A stretch of 63,971 nt of DNA, the filler included, from Octopus bimaculoides (Eukaryota), in NCBI RefSeq assembly GCF_001194135.2. It is 6 parts of 6 records of this genome, joined end to end, with 100 filler letters (N's around TTAATTAATTAA, not from the genome) between each part and the next. Parts side by side here need not be neighbours in the genome. Positions count along the whole stretch, not along the records: positions 21,455 to 52,553 come from NC_068992.1; 5 more parts are not named here. One strand, given 5' to 3'. Each line of letters begins with the position of its first letter. Position 1 is the stretch's first letter. A program made the translations under genes and the position numbers. Below the pieces are notes generated by a model. The model ran no database searches, was not told the origin of the DNA, and saw nothing but the letters and a program-made list of their open reading frames with translations. Of this stretch, positions 38,346 to 48,335 are shown piece after piece.

Positions 38346-40541
38346 GGAAATGAAAATATAAAGAAGCATAAGAAATTAAAATGCATATCTTATAACTGTA
38401 GTAGAAATTAAGAAGTATAAAGTAGCCTTTAATAAAGATTTCAATGTGAGCTCAAATATTTTAGTGGCATACTTCAGTAAGGTAGAGCTTCAGATTGGCT
38501 CTCTGAAATGAAAAGTAAAATGTATAAAATGCCAGCTGGTGTGTATGAACTAGTGTATGAGGTTATTTCCATTGTAAATTACATAAAGGCTCAGTCATGA
38601 AGAGTAACAATACAGATTTGTTAGCAATTTGAAAAAAAAGGAAAGGCAAGAAAAACTGGGGTTTTCTTTTTTTTTTTTTTCTTTTCAAGTTATTTTTCAA
38701 AATTTATTTTTGTCAATATTATTTACACTCCTTTCTTCCAAAAGCTGCTTTCCTTAACCAAACCATCACCGACATTACCAGGCTTATCAGTTAATCACTT
38801 ACATTTATTTATTTAATAAAGCATTAACTATTAATTAAGAAATGGAGATTTTATTCCATACTTGCCCCATGATTACAAGACTGAATGTCTACATTTAATA
38901 TAAGAACATAAATAAATAAATGAAACAGTTTCTATTTTCAGAAAAATAACGAAATGTGAAATAGCACCAGAATATTAAAGAACTGAAGAGAGGTATCATT
39001 TAAAGACAATGGTTATAGCAAGTAACAATATGGAATGAATCGAAGTAAAATATCATTTTCTTTCATTTGTGTTTAGGTGTGTGTGTGTGTGTGTGTCTAT
39101 AATTTGCATGAAATGGTAAAGTACAGTAAGAAAGAATAACAAAAATATAAAATATAAAACATAGCAGTAGAAACTAAAAATAAATCTATACTGGTGAGTG
39201 TGTCAACAGTTTAAAGTCAATTCTTTAAATGTTATGAGATTTTGGCTTTTTTTCTTTCTTATTCTTTAAGAATCAGTTGATTGAAGGAATTGGTTTTGTA
39301 AAAAGAAGAGAGAATTAAATATAAAGATGACTTAAATAGTAAGGGATTGAAGATATAATGAAGAATATACAATGATAAATGGCTTTAAATGTGTATATGT
39401 CTGTCTATGCTTATTTATTTTTACAACATATATANNNNNNNNNNNNNNNNNNNNNNNNNNNNNNNNNNNNNNNNNNNNNNNNNNNNNNNNNNNNNNNNNN
39501 NNNNNNNNNNNNNNNNNNNNNNNNNNNNNNNNNNNNNNNNNNNNNNNNNNNNNNNNNNNNNNNNNNNNNNNNNNNNNNNNNNNNNNNNNNNNNNNNNNNN
39601 NNNNNNNNNNNNNNNNNNNNNNNNNNNNNNNNNNNNNNNNNNNNNNNNNNNNNNNNNNNNNNNNNNNNNNNNNNNNNNNNNNNNNNNNNNNNNNNNNNNN
39701 NNNNNNNNNNNNNNNNNNNNNNNNNNNNNNNNNNNNNNNNNNNNNNNNNNNNNNNNNNNNNNNNNNNNNNNNNNNNNNNNNNNNNNNNNNNNNNNNNNNN
39801 NNNNNNNNNNNNNNNNNNNNNNNNNNNNNNNNNNNNNNNNNNNNNNNNNNNNNNNNNNNNNNNNNNNNNNNNNNNNNNNNNNNNNNNNNNNNNNNNNNNN
39901 NNNNNNNNNNNNNNNNNNNNNNNNNNNNNNNNNNNNNNNNNNNNNNNNNNNNNNNNNNNNNNNNNNNNNNNNNNNNNNNNNNNNNNNNNNNNNNNNNNNN
40001 NNNNNNNNNNNNNNNNNNNNNNNNNNNNNNNNNNNNNNNNNNNNNNNNNNNNNNNNNNNNNNNNNNNNNNNNNNNNNNNNNNNNNNNNNNNNNNNNNNNN
40101 NNNNNNNNNNNNNNNNNNNNNNNNNNNNNNNNNNNNNNNNNNNNNNNNNNNNNNNNNNNNNNNNNNNNNNNNNNNNNNNNNNNNNNNNNNNNNNNNNNNN
40201 NNNNNNNNNNNNNNNNNNNNNNNNNNNNNNNNNNNNNNNNNNNNNNNNNNNNNNNNNNNNNNNNNNNNNNNNNNNNNNNNNNNNNNNNNNNNNNNNNNNN
40301 NNNNNNNNNNNNNNNNNNNNNNNNNNNNNNNNNNNNNNATATATATATATATATATATACATGCATATATATTTTCATAATATAATCTATTAAATGATAT
40401 ATTTGTGAAAATATAAAATAATCAAAATGCATATTTCATAATTGTAGTAAAAATTAAGAAGAATAAAGTGGCCTTTAGTATTAAATTTTATGTGAGCTCC
40501 AATGTTATAAAAAAGATTTAAACCTGGGTTTCTTTTTATTC

Positions 40542-40580
<39 letters not shown>

Positions 40581-40903
40581 GATGAGGTAGCATCATCACC
40601 ATCCTCATCATTTTACATCCACTTTACCATGCTTGCAATTTGTCAACAGAATTTCTCCACACTTGTCCATGAATTAAACATTTTCATCTAAGATGAACCA
40701 GCCACAATAAAATTTAGATCATGGAAATGTACCTAAAAATTAAAGTAATATTAGGCCATGAAATTTAAGTTGCCATATTTGTTTGGAGATGTCTATTTTC
40801 CTTCTTCCAACACACGTACATTATTTTAGTCAATATGCAATGTTTGTTTCAGTCCTTGTTGTTTTAAGGGCCATCATGCTTAATGATGTTACATAGACAT
40901 ACA

Positions 40904-40938
<35 letters not shown>

Positions 40939-40968
40939 GTGTGTGCGTGTGTGTGTATACATAAATAC

Positions 40969-41032
<64 letters not shown>

Positions 41033-41740
41033 GCACACACTGGCCAGATTTAGGAATATTTTCAGGGGTTATATACAGCTGAGAAAGGTAATAGAAAATG
41101 CACTCCAATCTACCCTGTAGATAAGACTCAATAGTATACACTGGAGTAGTTTCTTGGTTGTTTTATCCAGGTATGTATGGCTTCTAAAAATATTCCTAGA
41201 TCTGGCCAAAGGGAATTGAAGCTCAGCGTTTCGTGTCTTTCTCAAAAACACATCAAGACATCTGCAGCAGTTTTAAACTCAATTCACATATCATTATGTA
41301 TTAACTGTACACAAAATACAATCAGAGATGCAATTTGAACATTGGATAGGTACTAAACAAATTGGATGTTCGGTAAAGTAATTTAATAGTTCATGCTTTC
41401 AATCTTGAATGATGTTAGAAACTTGTAACAGATTAGCATAATAGCAGGTAGGGGATATGTCTTTCACAGTTTGTGACATAAAACCAAGCTTGGAGAATAT
41501 AATAGCATTAATAATTATAACTCCAACATGGCTTTAAACAAATCCTCACAAAAGTAACAGATCTCACTATATATGTGTGTTTGTGTATTTGCATGTAGAA
41601 ATATGAGACAAAAGTACTCAATACATGGAGAGTCTATTCATTCATTTGGCACTGAGGCTATGCTCTGTCATTTTTTAAACATGTTAAAAATGGGACACTC
41701 AGAGTAGCAACAGATCCAAACTTCAGTTCTGAATGGAATG

Positions 41741-41775
<35 letters not shown>

Positions 41776-42014
41776 TGAAATATGAAGACAATTAGAGACC
41801 TGGTGAGTAAGGGTTACAGTTTCGTAAAAACACAAGATAAAGTTGGTAATCTAATAAAAAAAAAATAATAAACTGGTTCACTAGTATGATCACTTGTTAC
41901 AGCTGTTATTGAGGAACCATTCCTTATAAACGTGGACACAGGTAGATGAACAGGAAGATATGATGCTTGTGAAAAGATCTGATGAGATTAACATATATAA
42001 CATTAACTAGTCGT

Positions 42015-42263
42015 TCAGACTGAGTCAAAATGAAGTTCTCCAGATCTGAAAGAAATGACTTGTTTGAAAGTGTAACGTGTGACTTCATAGTAACCAGGGC
42101 AATAGGTAGAATTTTGTGAAGCTAAACTAAGAGTGGATGCTGTACTGGAAGTATGTTGCAAAGCCTGAGATTCGGCTCCAGAGTTAGCTAATTTACGATA
42201 TTCCAACAAGTTCTTCCAGATTTTATTACGATGTCCGGTACCGATTCTCATACTTTGGAGATC
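42015..42263 (-). CDS. TP63: p53/p63/p73-family protein, terminal coding exon (end of SAM plus TID/HOMO-like motif)
   Basis: Acceptor ttttgcttcttttctag|GAT at 42263. Encodes DLQSMRIGTGHRNKIWKNLLEYRKLANSGAESQALQHTSSTASTLSLASQNSTYCPGYYEVTRYTFKQVISFRSGELHFDSV, stop TGA at 42017-42015. In frame with the SAM exon. Confidence 0.95.
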   Translation of the reverse strand, partial: DLQSMRIGTGHRNKIWKNLLEYRKLANSGAESQALQHTSSTASTLSLASQNSTYCPGYYEVTRYTFKQVISFRSGELHFDSV

Positions 42264-43050
42264 CTAGAAAAGAAGCAAAATTCAAGAAATAAATTTTCAG
42301 TCAAATGAAAAATTTTTTTCAAGCTAACATTGATTTTTACAAATTTAAGAAACTATATTTTATTGGGGCAAATAATTTTAGTGCACTTTTGGAATAAGAG
42401 TGAAACTAGTTGTTCACTAGGCTAACTAGTGCATAGGGAATACCAGGCTTTACTTTTAAATGCAATACACATATGTAAAGACTGAAGTAATGACAATGTG
42501 ATCAATGCAGCTGATGTCCTAGCAAATATTTTTCAGTGAATATCTCTGCACTGAAGATGTTAACTGTTTATATTTATTTACGTTTGATAACCAAACTGAA
42601 AATGGCTTCCTTCATCTCATATAAATACATAATTATATATATATATGTACCAATTAAAATGTTTTTGATTGAATAATGGTCACAACTTAAAACCTATTCA
42701 ATACCATTATAGGATTCTGCTCTTAAACTGTGGTGTGTAATTCAATTTGCCTATGTAAACCTCATTAAAAAGAACAGCTTTTTTCACATCCTTGCTTGCA
42801 TGAATAAGGTGGTTTCTGAAAACTACTCACACAGTTAGATAACTGTTGTATTATTAACCAGTCAGGTGGGTAATTTTGAGAGAAAAGTAGTCAAGTATCT
42901 TTTTTAAAAAATGCTAGTTAATAAGATCATAATGATCACCAAAATTTTTGTTTGTTGGGACTCTTAAAGGAGTGTTGCAAAATCATGGTTATATGAAACC
43001 AGTAACCTTCAATATATCTAAGCAGTACTGACAAAGAGAGCAAAGATATA

Positions 43051-43269
43051 CTCTTTACTCTTTTACTTGTTTCAGTCATTTAACTGTGGCCATGCTGGAG
43101 CACCACCTTTAGTCGAGAAAATCGACCCCAGGACTTATTCTTTGGAAGCCTAGTACTTATTCTATCGGTCTCTTTTTGCCGAACCGCTAAGTTACGGGGA
43201 CATAAACACACCAGCATCGGTTGTCAAGTGATGGTGGGGGGACAAACACAGACACACAAACACACATAC

Positions 43270-43310
<41 letters not shown>

Positions 43311-43337
43311 CATATATACGACGGGCTTCTTTCAGAG
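43051..43337 (-). mobile_element. SINE family A, 5'-truncated young copy in the last p53-family intron
   Basis: Reverse complement of the 3' two-thirds of the 9513 copy. Confidence 0.9.
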
Positions 43338-43661
43338 TTTTATCAAACCTACTATATATTTCCAAGTACAATATTACTAAGACTTATTTTGCTATCTATA
43401 CTACTATGGCTGTACCAGTAATACACTGGGCTCTATGGATTTGTTATATGGATTCTAGTCACAAATACATACATAAAATGAAAAGCCTACAGGTGACCTC
43501 ATTAATAAAAAAGTAATGAGATTCAGATCCAATTAACTCAAGAAAACAAGTGATATAGAAAATTAAACATGTATTTAATTGCAATGATATAACAAACATT
43601 TTTAAATTCCTCATCCTCATTAGTTTCCTAATTTTCCACGTTGGCATTAAGTGGAGAGGTT

Positions 43662-43876
43662 TTAACCCTTTTGATACCAACCCAGCTGAAACTGCCTCTG
43701 GCTCTGTAGTACAAATGTCTTGCTTTCAAAAGTTCTAAATTAAAATCTTCCACCAAACCTTTGTCACAATTTATGTTCCTAACACTAGCTTATTTTACTA
43801 AATTCTTTGTTATATTTAAAAGTAATTGAAAGAAACATAGAGCATCTCAACAGAAATACCGCAACAAAAAGTTTAA
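43662..43876. mobile_element. Second piggyBac-like MITE family
   Basis: TTAACCCTTTTGATACC...GCAACAAAAAGTTTAA: degenerate TIR between TTAA sites. Confidence 0.6.
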
Positions 43877-44462
43877 ATATAGTTATCTTCTACATTTGAG
43901 CCCATAATGCTCTCAGCATCAGTACACCCTTCTGTGGACTCTGTTGATTCCGTTGGCCACATTTAGAAAATTTTCAACCACATTGTTTTGCTTGAGGCTT
44001 AGGCATTAATCATCCTGATTAGATGTTCTTCCTATTATCAACTGCTACAACACAGAGCAGATAAGTTTATTGTAAATCAACACTCAGTAAATTCTATTAT
44101 AAAACTCAGAGATTTTGGAGTGGGTTTTTTTTCTACTCTTTATCAGCTTCAGTCCCTACAAGTGAAATGAAACAAAACAGATCCAGCAGCATGAGTTAAA
44201 ATGAATTTCTGGGCCAAGAGCGATTTACAATTTCAGCTTTCATAAATGAGATGATGAAGCAGGCTAAGTGTGTTTATTGAAGACCCCCCAACACTTTCGC
44301 TATCTAAGTTGAAGATATTCTGAAAATATTTCCTGAACTAAACTGCTGCAAGCAAGACAAAGTGATATAAACTGATGCATTCAAGAAAACTGATCAGCTG
44401 TCATTAACTGAAAAAAAAAAAATATCAACAAGAAATATAAAGTACATTGTACAAAATCTTAC

Positions 44463-44556
44463 CTCAAGTGAAAAATCATCCAGCTGGAACATATTATGTA
44501 AACCTTTCTGATGAAAATTATCGATATATGCCTGTAATCCGATTTTCGTTAACCAC
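44463..44556 (-). CDS. TP63: p53/p63/p73-family protein, SAM-domain exon (94 nt, phase 2-0)
   Basis: Acceptor tctctgtag|G at 44556, donor GAG|gtaaga at 44463. Encodes WLTKIGLQAYIDNFHQKGLHNMFQLDDFSLE, a recognisable SAM fold start equivalent to p63/p73 exon 13. Confidence 0.95.
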
Positions 44557-44761
44557 CTACAGAGATTTTGAGATATCAGTTTACATGCAACCACTTTATT
44601 GTGAGAGATACAAGCAAAAGAAAAAAAAGATAGTTTTAAACTTCTGACAATATCCCTAGTACTTCATGACCGTAACTTCACAACTCTGTATTTATTCAGC
44701 TGTTGCACCCTATCACATTCATATTTAATGTTTTAAGTGTATATTCACTAAGAATGACAGA

Positions 44762-44980
44762 TTAACCCTTTAATGTTTGCATTATTCTGCCAAAATTAAT
44801 GCTTTTTCATCCACATTGTTTTAAACTAATCATACATTATCTTGTAGCTATGAGATTTTGATGAGGTAGCTGTTAATTTTTAAAACGATATTGTAGGGTT
44901 GTTGTGAGAGACCAGATTTGGCCAGTTTGAACATAAAACAAGCAGAATACTTTTGGCCGGTTTAAATACTAAAGGGTTAA
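44762..44980. mobile_element. piggyBac-like MITE (TTAA-CCCTTTA...TAAAGGG-TTAA)
   Basis: TTAA at both ends with CCC/GGG termini. Related copies at about 4945-5141 and, inverted, about 32975-33162. Confidence 0.75.
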
Positions 44981-45311
44981 ACTTATCCACATACACTTAT
45001 AGATGGAGCCATTTAACTTAATGATATACATTCTTTTCACAACCCTAGTTCACATTATTTCTTTGTATCAATTATGGCCCAACCAAATCAACAAAATTTG
45101 TACAAAAATTAATGTTTAAAGACAAATTTAACCTTAAGCAACACAGTTAATGCAGTAGATAATATAGAGGTTCAAGACCCTCTTTGTTCCTGGTGTCTTG
45201 CAATCATGGCATCACACTTAGCTTTCTAAACAGACTCTAACAATGTTGTGTAGCTAACTTTATCCTTTACCTTTTACTTGTTTCAGTAATCAGACTGTGT
45301 CCATGAATCAC

Positions 45312-45500
45312 AGGTTTAAGGTTAACCCTGATGGAACAGACCTATGATCAAAGACGTTCCAAACACGACCACCCTATCGGTCCTTTAGGCATAGTATGTC
45401 TTGGCCCACCTTATCCTTTTTAAGCTGGTAGGATGATTAAACAGATTTGACGAGTATTTCTAGCATGACAACTAACCACACAAAGGCTTTCTTATCGGCA
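45312..45500. repeat. Unclassified dispersed repeat family E
   Basis: GTTTAA...CCCTGAT..A.CAGACCTATGATCAAAG motif. Relatives at about 2040-2090, 14527-14730, 29715-29925, 49460-49530 and 52215-52270, in both orientations. Confidence 0.55.
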
Positions 45501-46127
45501 TGCTGTTATACATAGTCTGCTTCTGAGGTAAAATCATTCTAAACAGGTGAGATGGAATTGAAGCTTTCACTATATCAAGCGGGTAAGAAACATCTCCAGG
45601 TATGTGTCCATACATGAATTTGAATCTTGCAAAGAACACCTTTTCATATCTAGTTATAGTAGCTTATCCTTATTGTTACGAAGCTCATCTTATTAGTTCA
45701 TCTAACAAAACACAGTTTAGCTCTCTCTCTCTCTCTCTCTCTCACACTCTTTGTGGCCTTGACTAGTTACCAGAGACGCTAATGCTCGCTTAAATTGTCA
45801 AAATTCATCAACCAGGCAAATTGACAGTCAGAATGCAATAATTCTAATATTACAGTGTATCATTCAAGAAAACACAAGTCATGCTACAAAATAGCAACGA
45901 TTTGCTTCATTTCAAGAAGTGAATATTGCCAACAATAGGTTAATATCAATCTTACTACAGTCATTGTGGTTTATGGCAGTAGCCATTTCTGATCATCCGA
46001 AACTAAAACTACTGTCCTAGAAACACCCACTGTGATCAGAAATCCACCCATTGAGTTTTTACAAAATTATTCTACCAGGCAAAAAAAAAACAAAAAAAAA
46101 ACATACATTTTAAATGAATTTACTTAC

Positions 46128-46340
46128 TGTTCTATACTATTTTCAGCAGGTTCTCGTTTTGTAATTGGAGGGTCATCATCATGAGTAGGCTGTTGCCCAT
46201 TCACCATTTGACTGTTCCCATTTTGGGTACTATTTACTTGGTTACTATCTGGAGAGAATGCTAAAGTAGACTGGCGGCTGCTATCCTGAGACTGAGAACT
46301 ACTGTAACTTGTACTTGGTAATGTTGATGTACGACCAGAT
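46128..46340 (-). CDS. TP63: p53/p63/p73-family protein, internal exon encoding the Ser/Gln-rich linker between oligomerization and SAM domains (213 nt, phase 2-2)
   Basis: Acceptor ttcttcttgtttcag|A at 46340, donor CA|gtaagt at 46128. Encodes SGRTSTLPSTSYSSSQSQDSSRQSTLAFSPDSNQVNSTQNGNSQMVNGQQPTHDDDPPITKREPAENSIEQ, colinear with the squid (Loligo) p53-family linker as I recall it. Joins the SAM exon in frame (CA|G TGG = QW). The symbol is a stand-in: molluscs have one p53/63/73 gene. Confidence 0.9.
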
Positions 46341-46409
46341 CTGAAACAAGAAGAAACTGCAACAATAACCAAAGCCAATAGCAAGCAGTCATCCTTTTAT
46401 CTCTGTAGC

Positions 46410-48003
46410 TATAATAATCCTTTCTTATATAGGTGCAAGGCTTCAAATTTTGGAGGAGGAAACAGTCAATTATATTGACCTCAGTACATGACTGGTACTT
46501 ATTTTATTGGCCCTGGAAGGGTGAAAAACAATTTGACGTCGGTGGAATTTGAACTTATAAGATAAAGGGCTGAAAAAATACTGCAAGGTTATTTTAGTGA
46601 ATTCTCTACCGATTTTGCTAATCTGATAATATGAGGGGATGCTGAAAAGTTCCTGATTTTAAGGGTATCGTGAAAGGCCTGGTTGGAGGCTTCCAAGTAC
46701 TTTTACAGGGCTAAGAAAAACTGGAGGATTGCTGCAATAAGTGTGTGAATCTGAGAGGGGAATATGTTGAATAAAATCATAATTAACTGATCCTCTTGTA
46801 TTCTCTTTTACCCAAAGCCAGGAACCGTTCAGCACCTCCTCATACAAGACCCATAATCTAGGGAAGAGGAACAGTCAAATACATAGACACCATTACTGGA
46901 CTGGTACTTTATTTCACTGGCCCAGGAGGGTGAAAGGAAAAGTTGATTTTGATGGGATTTGAACTCAAAACATAAAGACAACAAATACCACAAGGCATTG
47001 TATCTGACACTTTAATGATTTTGCTAAATAAGAATATTCCAGTGGTGCAATGTTACAAACTCAGATTAAGCCAAATCCTTAACTGGTGCTTATTTTTATC
47101 AACCCCAGATATATGAATTACACGGTTGAGCTAAATGTGATTTGAACTGAGATTGTAAAGAGATGCAACTAAATACCAAGAAACATTTATATCAATATTC
47201 TATCAATTCTACATTTCCAGAACTTTCTCAATAATAATGGTTTACTACATTAGCACCATGCTACAGATTTAAAGGAGAACAATATATTCAGTCATACCAT
47301 TGATGCTTTGTTCATGAAGCACCACAGCAGGATTTGAACCTGGAACAAAGACAAAACTAAAAGCTAATCAGCATTTAATACCATTTCTGCAACACTACAC
47401 CACTTTTATAATGGTTTCAGAATTAGGTACAAAGCCAGAAATTTTGTGGAGAGGGAACAGTCAATCATGGTAACTTTAATATTTGAATGGTATTTATTTT
47501 GTTGACTCCAGAAGAATTAACTATAAAATCAACCTCAAGAGTAAACCTAGAAGATAAAAGGCTGAAGAAGAAATAATATTTGTTTCAAATTTTGGCATAA
47601 AGTCAACAATCTTATGGGAAAAGCGCTTGTTAATTACATTGACCTCAGTATTTGACTGGTACTATATTTCATCAACCACAAAAGGATGAAAGGTAAAGTT
47701 AACTTCAGCTGGATTTGAACTCAGAACATAAAGAAAAAAATGCCACTATGCATTTTGTCCAATGCTTTAACAATTTTGCCAGCTCATCACCTTAATAACA
47801 GTAATAATTTTTTTCTAATCTTGACATAAGGTCAGCAATTTTGAGGGGAGGGAGTAAGCTGGTTACATTGACTTGTCTTCCAACTGGTACTTATTTTATC
47901 AGCCATAGAAGGATGAAAGGCAAACACTCAACCTTGGCAGAATTTGAACGCAGAATGTAAAGAGCCAGAAGAAATGTCACTACACATTTTGTCCAACATG
48001 CTA

Positions 48004-48034
<31 letters not shown>

Positions 48035-48335
48035 GTTTCAAATGTCGGCACATGTCCAGCAATTGGGGAAGGGGGCTAATCAAATAATAATAATTGTTTG
48101 AAATTTTGGCACAAAGTCAGCAATTTTTGTGAGGTGGGTGTGATTTAGAAAGGACTAGCTGCTAACAACTTAAATTACCTCAACGCCAGTATTTAACTGG
48201 TATTTTATTTGATCAACCCCAAAAGGATGAAATGCAAAGTTAACCTCAGCAGGATTTGAACTCGCATTAAGAAATGAAAGTAATGCAGCTAAATATTTTT
48301 GGCTGACACACTAATGATTCTGCCAGCTCACCATA
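46410..48335 (-). repeat. Second co-oriented pile-up of SINE family B (about 8-10 copies)
   Basis: TTTGAAC B-box remnants near 46550, 46960, 47140, 47335, 47715, 47945 and 48260, with family B bodies and (AAT)n spacers. One copy hosts the mariner MITE. Confidence 0.8.
46630..46844 (+). mobile_element. Non-autonomous mariner deletion derivative (MITE)
   Basis: About 31-bp imperfect TIRs (TATGAGGGGATGCTGAAAAGTTCCTGATTTT / AAAGCCAGGAACCGTTCAGCACCTCCTCATA) with TA at both ends. The interior keeps the transposase C-terminus (CNKCVNLRGEYVE*). Confidence 0.85.
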
